DNA of 64,000 nucleotides from Chlorokybus atmophyticus (lineage: Eukaryota > Plantae > Mesostigma and Chlorokybus algae), in the NCBI GenBank assembly GCA_009103225.1, contig RHPI01003369.1, positions 84,911-148,910 of the forward strand, read 5' to 3'. This document shows positions 11,254 through 23,100 of this stretch, piece by piece. Numbering within the stretch: position 1 is the first letter of the stretch; the number at the start of each line of letters is the position of its first letter. The position numbers and the translations under genes are program-made. The notes below the pieces were generated by a model. That model worked only from the letters and a program-made list of their open reading frames with translations, was not told the DNA's origin and ran no database searches.

Positions 11254-11807
11254 TAGGTATATGTATATATATAATGCAATGTGCATTTTCAATAGCATCT
11301 TACTTCGGACGTACAAATGCTACGTGCAGAAAATTGCAAGAAGGGTAAATTATACAATTGTGAAAATGTTACATTATTACAATTATATCTTAAATTACTG
11401 TAACATATTCTGAGTACAACATTATAAAACATACGTACACAACTTGTGTGCGTACGTCATGATAATGCATGTTGCACCTGAATTGCTACTCACTTGAATA
11501 CATCTGCAAATATATATTTCATGTACGCCATCAAATGTAAAGTCTTTAGCTCTTTTCACATCACTAGCATGTAGGGTTTGGGCTATTTGAGTTGTTGGCT
11601 GTCCAACTTGCACAGCAAACAGCTATAAGCAGCCCTTGCACAGTGCAAGGGCTGCTTACATAAGGGGGCAAATATCTCACACATTACATTGGCATTGCAT
11701 AATTTGGAGCAATTGGCCCGTGCAAAGGTCACGTCAAGCAAAGATGAATTCGACGGCTGGGTGTCTACACTCGCCGTCTCCATCGACGGCGTGCATCACC
11801 CCGCAGC

Positions 11808-11816
11808 AAACCCTAA
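11808..11816 (+). promoter_or_regulatory. telo-box (AAACCCTAA) upstream of RPL34
   Basis: Exact motif ~110 bp upstream of the ATG; telo-boxes are a known feature of plant ribosomal-protein promoters. Confidence 0.6.
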
Positions 11817-11925
11817 TCGCCGCCCAGGCGCCTGACGTAACCCTCTTTACGGCGACGACGGCGGCGGCGGCCGTGGGGCGGGCGGGGACAGAGGAGCAGG
11901 AGGAGGAGACCAAGGAGCCGCAGCC

Positions 11926-12753
11926 ATGGTTCAGCGGTTGACTTTCAGGAGGCGGCACTCGTACGCCACAAAGAGCAATGGAAAGAGGGTGGTAAAGACG
12001 CCCGGTGGCAGGCTCACCATCCACGTGGCGACCAAGCGGGCGTCTGGCCCCAAGTGTGGGATCTCAGGCGTCAAGATCGCCGGTATCCCCCATCTCCGCC
12101 CCTCCCAGTACTCCAACAAGCAGCTTTCCAAGTCCAAGAAGACCGTCCACCGCGCCTATGGCGGCTGCCTCGCCGCCAAAGTCGTCCGCGAGCGGTCAGT
12201 AATCACTTGCTTTGTTAAACAGTCCGTTGGCACACTTTCGGTGTGGGGCTGGCATATAGCAAAGACATTTCGCACGCTGGAGTTTTAAGGGCTGGTTAGG
12301 TTAGGTTTTGTCAAGGTCAGGGTTGTTGTGCGCTATGGCCTTTGTCGCTCTCCAGGCATGGCTATGCGTGGGCCACTATCAGCGTGTAGCGCCATGCTGA
12401 GAAGAGAGATTTTGGGGATTTCTCTCTCATGTGCGGCGCTATGACAATGCCGTCACAGCATTGTCATAGCGCCGCTACAACGGTTGTATATGTACTTCGG
12501 ACATGTACATGTATTCTGTGTTTGTGTGCACGTGTCATTGTTTCTCGTAAGAGACAGTCCGGTGACATGGACAACATTAATACAGTACTGCATCTGCTGC
12601 ACATTGCCTTGCTTTATGTGCGCGCTGCTGACATCCCCCCATGTTCCCTGTTGCAGCATCATCAGAGCTTTCCTGGTCGAGGAGCAGAAGATCGTGAAGA
12701 AGGTGCTCAAGATCCAAAAAGCCAAGGAGAAGGCCGCTGCCAAGAGCTCGTAG
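11926..12753 (+). CDS. RPL34: 60S ribosomal protein L34 (eL34), 2 exons, 121 aa
   Basis: Exons 11926-12194 and 12657-12753 join in phase through a GT-AG intron: [18 protein letters not shown]...RAYGG...[24 protein letters not shown]. Confidence 0.96.
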
Positions 12754-14324
12754 ATGTCGGTTTGGGGCACGCACGCTTGGATCTATTGCTCTTGTCAATG
12801 TAATCTCTGTCATTGCTGGGTTGTTCGAGTGAGGCCAGGGTTGTTTGTTGAAGCTTGCACTCGTTTTGTCAGCAGTCAGGTACTGAGGTAGCACGACTTT
12901 GCAATGCGTGTTGATTGCATAGGGGCCCAGTCATCTGCTGCAACAGCTGGACACCTGCACTAGTTCTGTCTGGGGTGGTCACAATTGTAGCTGCTTCTGC
13001 TTGGTCGCAGTATGTGGTGGAGTATGTGCAGGCCGCTAAATTGTTGCAAAGTTGAAATTTGTTGTCGCTAATCATTGCGACGCACGGCTGTTCCGGTGAT
13101 GTATCTTGGTATTGTTGTGGACGATCCTGCACTGGACATGGTTTCAGTGCCAATTGAGACCATTTTGGACACAGATCAAGATGGGCCTTGCAAGCATGGC
13201 CTGTAGGCAGTACTAACAGTTCAGTTGCCAGCAGAAGTCACATAAGTGGACAACAGCAATCGGCCTCAAGTTGTACAGGCAACCAGATTTAGATAAAAAG
13301 TACACCAATGGTGGTGCTTCTTATGTAACTTATGAGCAATCTTGTGTTACAACACTGACACTGCTATTCGTGCATGCTACAGGTGATTATGGCTACTCTG
13401 CATGCTTGCATGATTGATGGCATGCAAGTGGTAATCTAGGAGGTAGCTTATGTGGTAGAAGTAGATGAGCTCGGTGGTTGATGGAACAAAACCATGTTGC
13501 CGGCTGCTGCGTGCACATATCTGTGCACTTGATAAGCAGCAACAGCAATAACAAGGAAACAATTGCAACAATGAATACAACAACCACCCTTCTCCTACCC
13601 ACCCTTCCCTTACACCACTACTTAGGGCCACGGCGATGGGGCAAACAAGGCAAAGCAACAACCATGCGACTACGTGCAGCAGCAGCAGCAGCGGGAGGGG
13701 GAGGCAGCAGTTGATTATACCTGCAGGGGAGGGAGCATGACACTACTTGCATGTAATGTGCATGCGCCATCCCACATCGCTTTTTGTGAACGCACACTCC
13801 ATGTATCAACGCACCGTCGTCAAAGTTACGCAACTCTCACTTGACGATTTGCAATTACTTAGGCAATGCAAGACTAGGCTGCACCCACTACTGAATCCAC
13901 AGGAAAATCCATTTACATGGTGATGTCACGCCGAGTTGCTCCCTACGCACCTTCAATGTACCCCGATTAACATCCCCCCCCCCGCGAGCGCGAGCGCGGA
14001 CATAACGGGGCATGCCTTTAGTCCTTGCGTATGCATCCGCTACATCCCACCCACGCGCTTTCCGAACAATTCACAACTTCAGACTCCGAGGCCGCAATCA
14101 GACCTTGCCCACTTCCGCACGGTATAGCAGGATAAGTGCAACATGACATCATGATGGAGCACATGTTGCTCAAATCTGTGCTGGTTGATGATGGTAAACT
14201 GGCAACAATTATTGCACAACCTAACGCTGCCGGTTACTGGCATTGCTAGTGCCTAGTGTCATGGCTCAACTCCTTGATGGCCGCTGCAGCCTGTGCGCAC
14301 TGATGTTAGCATGTTTCCCTGGCT

Positions 14325-14655
14325 CCCCGGCGACATTTCATCCCCTCGCCGCCGAGACGCACGGCACCCTGGGCCAGAGTTTTCACGACGTCATCGACAC
14401 ATGCGCTAGGAGGGCACTGGCTGCACGTGACCTGCCATTGCGCAGGCTATCGGGCTACTTGGCTCTGTACCGGCAGCGCGTGTCTTGCGCGCTGCAGCGC
14501 GCCCAGGGCATCACCATCCTGGAGCGGGGGGCGTCTGGACCGGGCCCCAGCCTGGTACTGCCGCAACGACTGCCGGGGCCCGGTCCAGACGGCGGCGCCA
14601 ACGGCGGAAGCGGACGCTGTGCTGGCAGCTGCGGCAGTGTAGTTGTGTAGGCGTG
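14325..14655 (+). mobile_element. 5'-truncated fragment of an RLE-type (CRE-like) non-LTR retrotransposon, C-terminal end
   Basis: FHPLAAETHGTLG...RQRVSCALQRAQGITI matches the C-terminal pattern F.PL..ET.G..G...RQ.LS.ALQR of restriction-like-endonuclease LINEs; from recall, not searched. Confidence 0.55.
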
Positions 14656-15196
14656 CTTGCATGTCGCTGGCATGCGTGTGAGTACGCTTGTGCAGTGATA
14701 GGCAGGGTTGACAGTACGTAGCTTGGTGTGACGATATTGCTGTTAGTGTATGAGAGATCCCCGGACAGCCTGCACCACCATGACCTCTACTTCCTCCACA
14801 AAGCTTGAATCTCATCAGATCACAAATCAAGCACCGATGGCCTCATGACGTCGTTGCTGCTATTGACACTAATGTCACCGTTTGTGACGTGGGAAACTGT
14901 TGTGTTGTCATTGTTGGACATGACTGGAACCTTGTTTGCAGAGTTCTGTGTTGATAATGAACATGGTAACTTCGACCACTCATGCAACAAACAAACAAGC
15001 CAGCAACTGCAGCCTGATGTGGTACGCTAAGCTCCAAGCTACACTGCACATTATTCTACTACAATGTGTCATGCACGTAGTGTGCAGTTTGGCAGACGAC
15101 CGCATATGGATCGAACCAATTGAGCATGGACCATGTCGTAAACATGCTACCACCACCACCACCACCACCACAACAACAACATAGTCAACTGTCACA

Positions 15197-15665
15197 CCTA
15201 GCGGTGGGAAGTTGTTCCTTCAGCACGTCTGTGCCAGAAATGTTGCCACTAAGCGCCGGGCCACGAACCACCACGCCGCAGGACCGTAGCGTACCGCACG
15301 CTGACCTGTTGTTAGAGGTGTACACGAGTGTGACATGTGTGAAAGAGAATGCTAACATTCATCACACGAACATGCACACACGCGCACGCTTACACACTCT
15401 CACACTCAACTTGTGCTCCGGGAAGCCTGAACTCCTAATCTCGTCCAGAGCTTTGCACAACTGGACCGATGTGCTCAAATGCCTGTCGGTGCGCCTCTTT
15501 ACAGCCTGTTTGTGCATACTGTGGCTACACACCGTCAAGGATGATCACAACCATCTCACCATGTTGGTGGCATCATCAATGCGTGAAAGTTGCTCTTGAA
15601 AGAAATGACTCCGGGCGCCATGGGAAACCCCGCACCCATGGACTCCAACGCTCCCCTGCCCATGC
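15197..15665 (-). pseudogene. decayed partial duplicate of three phosphoglycerate mutase exons with their introns
   Basis: Colinear with ~29270-29795 (e.g. GTGCCAGAAATGTTGCC, CCAGAGCTTTGCACAACT, AGTTGCTCTTGAAAG); 1-nt and 2-nt deletions shift the frame. Confidence 0.8.
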
Positions 15666-15754
15666 AGGAAAACTTTTGCGGACGAACATGTACCACACGC
15701 ACCTACACACACACATGCCCTCATGCACTCATACCACACAATTTGCAGAATACT

Positions 15755-17398
15755 CTAAGCTGCTGACGGGGGTTCGATGCCTAGAATGTTCCAGTAAGTT
15801 TCCTCCAGCTCTTTCTGTGTCAATGTTTTCTGCCCCGGCGGGCAATTGACACAGAAATATGGGTCATACCACCACAAAGGCGCTTCATACTTGTCAAAAC
15901 CGCACGGAACATTTACTTGGGGCCAGGGCTTCTTTAGCACATAACCTGAGAACGAACATGCTAGCAGTGAGTACACATGCACATCATCGCTATGCATGTA
16001 GTAGTGCAAGGCTGTACACCAAACTGAGATACACACCTTGTGGGGGCTTCACTGATGCTTCCAGCGGATTGCTCCAATGACTGGCAGGAAATGGCAAATG
16101 GCAGCTTCCTTCAGTCCAGTGATACTCATGACGCCGAGAGAAGAACCTGAGGTGCAAACCAACACGCACTCAGCCAGCGAAAGGACAACAACAACATCGA
16201 CATTGCAGGTACCAACGAACTTCCCATGATAGGCTTACATGGTCAAGTAGTCGGAGTAACCATCATTCCAATAGGCTGACTTGCGCCCACCCCTTTGTGG
16301 CAAGTGATCCAGGAATCCTGAACAACAGCAATCGATGCTGTTGACTCAATACAGGACGTGCATGCAATTGAGTATGCGCGCCTGTGTAGTTTCAACAATT
16401 GTGACGCTTGTACCGGTAGTTATAGACACGTAACTGTTACATACAAATAGTGGACACCAGACTTGTCGCATGCATGGATGTAGTGATGCCTGAAACAGTT
16501 TGCTAGTGTGTGTGCAACCAGTGTGGAGGCTGCCTCACGATCAGGATCACCAATATGCAATGATGATACCTGCTGCAAGAGCGCACTTACGTGTCCGTTG
16601 CTTGGCGTCCTGCTTGACTATTGCGACGGTCACCATTCGTCTCGTGATATGTCTCAAGTCTATCCCCAATCTTGACGGTCACGCGCCGCACGGACGTCAG
16701 CGGCTCTTGGTCGGTTATGTAGTACAACTTGTAGTAGACATGGAAGATAACTGCACAAGCAATTTAAACTGTGATCATGCAACACCAAACTCACATTAAC
16801 GCACAAGCTCTCGGTTACACAGGAGTTTGCTGTGCTGCTGCTAGAGCTCATGGTGGTTGCTGTGCTGCAGACCATCTATTACTTACTTGGGCCGCTTCCA
16901 TAGACGTCGTCCTCACAATCAGAGTCGACAGGCAGCAGGGCAGCGGCGGTCGCCATGTCCTCCCGCACACTGCTTGCGCTGCTGCTGCTCGTGCCGCTGG
17001 TGCTTGGAGAGTCTGATTCTCCAAGGGGTGGAGAGCACCCGGCTGTGCCAACTGTGGGGCTACTGCTCGCCGTGCGGCTGCTTGAGCAGACGTGGTCGGG
17101 GTCCTTTCGGAGGACGCCTGCGAGAGCGGCAGCGCATTGCTGTTGTGCTTCATGCGGGCTCTTTCACTTCTCGTGAGGGGAGAGCGTGTCCGCCTTCAAG
17201 GCAATCGCCTCTCACAGCGCCCCACAAACCCTTGCTTGAACCTATGCGAACTAAGGGAGAGAAAGACACAAGCGAATTCGCCAGCACAGAGACATAGAGA
17301 ATGGGGCCCAAACAGCCGCCTGTCGCCAACGCCGCCACCAGCGTCCAGGAGCGTGACGACCACAGCGACATCCAGGCTTTGGAACAGACCCTTGACAT
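15755..17398 (-). CDS. multi-exon hypothetical protein; 5' end uncertain
   Basis: Phase-consistent GT-AG exons: ...-16887, 16750-16591, 16502-16414, 16317-16239, 16146-16037, 15945-15755, giving DDVYGSGPIIFHVYYK...FLDHLP...YWNDGYSDY...PLWWYDPYFC...PPSAA*. Upstream of 17163 the frame is unresolved. Confidence 0.55.
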
Positions 17399-17779
17399 GC
17401 GCCAGTGCTTGCTGTTGTTGTCGACGGTCCGGTTATCAGAAGCTTGTGATATTGCATTGGATACGAGTGGGCTATTGACCCCTTGCATTCAACACGGTCA
17501 GTGGCCGGCTACCGGTAGGTGCAAGGAGGAACTCGTACATGCAAATCTGCTTGAACATGCAACACCACCCCCAAAACAAACACTCACAACTTGACCACCG
17601 GGCTATGGCATGCGCTTGCATGCTAACTTCCAATGTAATTTGCTCAGCTGTGACATTAGTGTATGTAGGCGCCTCTGTCAAACGGTTGATATCATTACAT
17701 GTATGCCCATCATGCTCAACGTCAATCAAAATTACCTATTGATGATATGTCCCATATTTACGGCATGACATAAACGGTT

Positions 17780-18170
17780 TCATGCGTTTTACATTGCTTA
17801 TTCGCTTTACTACCTATGCATATGATGAGCCGAATTATACATTACTTAAGCTTCATCATATACATGACACACATATGCGTATATATGCACCCACATCCGT
17901 CCTTAAACATTGCGCGAGCTATCAAGCCTTAATGTTGTGGTCTCACAGATTTTTAAATTCAAGCGTATTCCTACATATAGGGAACGCTTCCTAGAGGAGG
18001 TCGACAGGCTGCCGGGCGATATGCAAGCCATGGGGTACAACAAACGCACACTGCTATCCAGGCTCCGAGCAGTGATGCGGACACGACCAGGTTTTATGTA
18101 TGATTCCACATTTGGGCATTTGTTTCATGTTATTGCAGCTGCTACGGCCACTGGCAATGACGGGTGAGCA
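17780..18170 (+). mobile_element. possible decayed Penelope-like retroelement RT thumb fragment
   Basis: TTYAYDEP...NVVVSQIFKFKRIPTYRERFLEEVDRL...MGYNKRTL resembles the PLE pattern YDK...SQL.RF.RI...F...L...GY...L; split over two frames in an AT-rich tract. Confidence 0.35.
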
Positions 18171-19039
18171 CTTGTCACCACCAATCGGGAGCATTACTTC
18201 ACATGCCCACTGTATGCTCGGAGTCTCACATCTGCTAGCACATCTGCTTGCACACTGCATGATGCAAGATTTGCTTCTAACCCTAAGTCTAAAGCCGTTG
18301 TGTTGTGAGTGGCAATATAACCAAGCCACAAGGCTGCTGACGGTGGGGGCTGGTCGTTGTCATCGGCATTGTCGGCATTGTCGTCGCTGCTGTCCACTCC
18401 CTTGCCTACCAGCACATACCTAACCTTCGCCTTTGCCTGGCCCCTACCTTGTGCAGGTAGTTCTTGTGCAGGTGGTTTGCAAGTTCTGTCCTAATTCTTG
18501 CCACTGCTTGCTCCACTGCCTACCCATTGCACGCACATAGTTAGCAGTCCCCTTAGTGTAGCTAGCTAGCTCTTTGTTGCTTGTTGTGGTGTTTATTGCT
18601 TGTATTGTTTTTGCATTGCTACTGGCTGCTGTGGTTGATTGTTGGCCCCTGTGCTATACCCTACGTGGGTGCGTGCGTCCGTGCGTGCGTGTACGGAAGT
18701 GGCGTAAAAGGTTGAGCACATGCAAGTATGCGTGAACATGCAAGAAGTCAATCACCACCACATGTCACCCAACTTGACCACTGGGCCAAGCCATGCGCCT
18801 GCTCGCTGCCTACTTTGCTACTCCTACATCTACAATCACCACTACTGCCCCTCTGATATTCATGCATGCATGCATGCATGACAGTCCCCAATACCTCTCA
18901 TTACTTTACATTGTACATATGGCGGCGCGTGAACACATCATCGCATTATCGATGCTACATAGATTATGCGTCGTACTGCATGAGGGTAGCCTTAGCAGAC
19001 CTAGAGCACATCATGCTTTCTACACTTATGATAAGGGTC

Positions 19040-19235
19040 CAATAAGGTAGCGACATGTGGGCCTTGTCGGCTATGCGCGGGCATTTACGCACACTTGCGT
19101 GGCAGCAATAAACCCATCTGCTGCATCCTGGTTGTGACACAAGCGGCTCTTCTGACGTCCCTAGCCTTCATGCAGAGGTTCAACAAGCACCTGTGGTAGT
19201 ATGCTAGCACTCTATCTGCCAACCACCCATCAGCG
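19040..19235 (-). pseudogene. third, decayed copy of the last PPR exon and its flank
   Basis: Direct repeat of ~20135-20310 (TAAGGTAGCG.CATGTGGGCCTTGTC, GTGACACAAGCGGCT, AGCCTTCATGCAGAGGTT). Confidence 0.7.
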
Positions 19236-19318
19236 ACCTATTCAATCAAGCGTCAAAGCCACATTATCAACTTCACCTCATATCATCCTTCATCAGGCTT
19301 GCCAATGTCGGTGGGACA

Positions 19319-19569
19319 CTGACGCGCAACATCTGCTGCTCCGCATGTGGGATGTCCATCTGTCCCAATGACGGGCGTGAGCCGCTATCGCAGTCCCAGT
19401 GGCCTTGACCTGCACGCGCACGTGTAAGTCATGGCCACTGGGACTGCGACAGCGCCATGACTTGCACGTGCGCGTGCAGGTCAAGGCCACTGGCAATGCG
19501 ACAACGCGTTACACGTCCGTCACGGTGACGGACATCCCGCATGCAGAGCGGCAGGATGCCGCGCGTCAG
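19319..19569. repeat. ~250-nt fold-back inverted repeat
   Basis: Inner arms 19397-19434 and 19455-19492 are complementary at 37/38 positions; imperfect outer arms extend to CTGACGCGC (19319) and GCGCGTCAG (19569). Confidence 0.85.
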
Positions 19570-20159
19570 CATGCATGTCATGGCCACCAGCACAAGAGTC
19601 TGCTTAGCATCAGCTAAACCCGCAGCAGCAACAGCCACACGCTCAGAGAGAGAGGGTGCGTAAAACTCCTCTACCGCTTGGTTAGAGATGTTATCAATCA
19701 CTGAGTACCCTTTATTCACCTAGCAGTGACATCATACATACTACGAGACTGTCAGGCAGACCAAACCATGGCAACAATAAAAGCCGCAACTGCCATAGCA
19801 GTGAGACAGTGTACGTACTGAGAGACTACGCCGGCCAGGCAGGCCAGCACGACGGCACGCCCCCGACCGCCCGCTGGGCTGGGCGGGAGGGGTGAGCGGT
19901 ACCGTCAGCTGGAGGCACAGTCCCTGCCACAAATGATGACAGAGCACACGTTTACAGCCACATGATGCATGACATGGATGTGTGAGTATGGGAGTCATAT
20001 GCATACCAAGCAATTCCATGCTTTCATGCGTACCAAGGTACATCGAACGTGACACAACATGTGATATTGCATCAGTTTGGGGTAGCCTCAGCAGCCTGAC
20101 GCCATCATGTTTTGGGCTTGACAACAGGATGCCAGTAAGGTAGCGTCATGTGGGCCTTG

Positions 20160-23100
20160 TCAGCTGTGCGCGAGTGTTTGTGCACGCTTGCGTGGCAACA
20201 AACCCATCTGCGACATCCTTGTCGTGACACAAGCGGCTCCCCTGCTGTCCCCAGCCTTCATGCAGAGGTTTAATAAGCACCTGCATGGTAGCATGAGAAT
20301 AAGCACTCTGTCAGTCAACCGTCCTGTTCGCTTAAGGGTCAAAGCCACAGTAACACTTCTACCTCATGAACTTGGCATCGGGCTTGACTCCATCCGCCTC
20401 AACAGCAGCCAACACCTGCACGAAAGGATGCGTGTGTCATGTATTGCTTCTGTAACCACGCAGTCACCACAACTTGTGACATTACCTCTTGCGCCTGGCC
20501 ATTCAACTGTCCAAGCGCAGCCAAACACTGCAATCGGATAGTCCAAAGCACGATGTTGAGTTGCAACCCTTCAGAGCGCATCTGATGCCAAAGTGCATTC
20601 ACCCTCTCGACCTGATCAACACACAACAACAACATGACCTGGGCTCTGACACACGTGCAATATGATGTTGTGTGAATATGCACTCATCTCACTTGTCCAT
20701 GACGCAAGCACGCCTGCATCAACGCGCCGTACACGAAGCCGTTCGGTCGCGTGCCGACCAGCCGAGGCATTGCCTCCACCAAAGCCAAAGCTCGCAATAG
20801 CTCAGGTGGCATGTCAGCAGATTGACCTGCAATGCACACGTCTCTTACATTCATAGACATATACTCACATATGTGTATGTACACATGCACTTGTACACAT
20901 GCAAAACATGAAGAAGTGCGCGTAATGAGCCCCTGATAGATATGTACACGCATGCCATCAGACACAACTGCACACACATACATATCCTAACACTCACAAG
21001 CACGCGCATGTTTACACACGCACACATGCATGGGCATACAACTTGGTGCATGGACTGGCTGCTACTCTGGGACATGTGACTATGTAGAGTGTCCTACCAG
21101 CAGGAGGAGCAGCCCAAACTGGAGGGCTCCTCAACTTGGCCGGCTGCACGGCATCCTGCGCATCATCAACACCAACTTCATCATGATTGGCGTAACCGTC
21201 AGCCACCCCCGCCGCCTTCTTGGGTTCGACACCTGCCATCAGCTGCTTGATGGCACCCGATATCGCCTGCACAATATATGAAACTTCAGAAACTTTGTTG
21301 AGGCATGTTTGCACCTAGCAAGCATACACTATCATACCTGTGATTTGGGTCTCACGCCAGCAGCTTCCATCTCCTTCATCAACGCATCACTGTCATCATC
21401 GTTGCCCGGGACTCGCATTATGGCTCCGAGCATGGCGTGTTCCATCGTGTCCAACAATATGCGCTCCGTCCCGTCCACACTCAGCGTTGACATGCTCTCC
21501 TCTGTTCGAAATGGATTCAATCACACTCTCGCATTCAAACAAGTCACTCATTCATGTGTGGTTGACTGACTCGCAACAATTCGCCATGCATGCAAGTCAG
21601 TATGTTTGAATGCTTTTCTTACACATCCAATGTGTCAGTCGCTCACTCATTGAATCAAGTTCTGACTCACGCACTAAAGCATTAAGCAGTCGTTTCTTTG
21701 ACTGATTCACTGGCTAATTCATTGACTTACTCTCTCCCTCTATGTACTAGAGACCGCACCTGACGTTTGAGCCTTGCGGTGGAGGGCGAGGGCCGTGTCT
21801 GTGCGGCCACATCGGATGCAAGCAGAAATCAGCGCAGCAAAGAGCGCAGTATCGGGCGGCCGCCGCGAGGCGGCTTGCACCGCCAGCACCCTCTCCGCAA
21901 AATCAGCCACCTATGAACATAATGGGTACAAAATGAGACATTGCCTACGCCACATACCACAGAAGTGCAAGGGCTTGCATGCGAGTATGTGCATGTGCGT
22001 GTTGTACACTCGCCATGCTTGTCATAAATTAGTCGCATGCTGTGTAAATACATGACACGCAACACACGTAAATGTTTTACCAAGGCTGCAGATGTTCTGT
22101 CCGTGGCATTGATATGCCGCACGACGGCCCGCCACGTTTTGTCGTCATCGATGGCACCCGCGGCCGCTCGCTGGAAGGCCTCCATGGCGTCCACCGTCTT
22201 CGCAAGGCCATGCCGCTCCAGCGCCTCGCTTATAGCACGCTCCGTGGCCACCGGTGTGCACGCCACACCTTGCAAGTGCACACGTTTGTTTGCATGTGCG
22301 CTTGCATGTGTGCAGTAGGGCACATGCATGCAGCGTTTGCAGTTGCACATCGCATGTGTGTTGGTGGGCACGTCTGTGCATATGTGGCGCGGTTGTGTGC
22401 TAGTGGCTTGTGGTGGTGGTGGTGGTGGTGGCGGTGGTGGTGGTGGTGATGATGTTGACGTGTGTTATTGTGTACCTGCACTGGCCATTTCGGACATGAA
22501 AGCTGGCAGCCTGTCGTCCGCCAACGCATCCAAAAAGCCCTTTGTAACCGCCGCATCGGCGCACTGATAAGCATGACAAGAACAGACACACATAAGCAGT
22601 ATGTTGAGCAACCCACACCTCATGAAAACCACAAACAGACAAGTAACACGAGCAACACAATATGTAGTCAGTCAATCTGGCAAGTTGGACATAATGGACA
22701 GGATGGACATAGTGCGCAGCACGAGTCTCACCATCAAAAGGATGTCGGTGATTGGTAAAGGTGGCGGGTGGCCTTCGGTGATCATCCGCTGCTGCATCTT
22801 CAGGGCGAGGCCCGCCTCTCCGCATCTTATGCATGCAAATAGCGCTGTGCGCAGGCTCTATGGACATGCACAGTCAGCAGTATTGTGGTGGTCAATCTGA
22901 AACAAATATGACAAAACGTTGTTGCACACGTATACCGGCACACAGACAAGTATGATGCTCACCACATGATCATGGTGGCACTGCTCTTTGTCCATCAGCT
23001 CCAAGACCTTAACAAGCTTCGTGCTGTTGCGCGCATAGCCTGCCGCACGCAACAATGCTGCGCACGCACGAACAAACACAACCTTACTTAACCCAACCAA

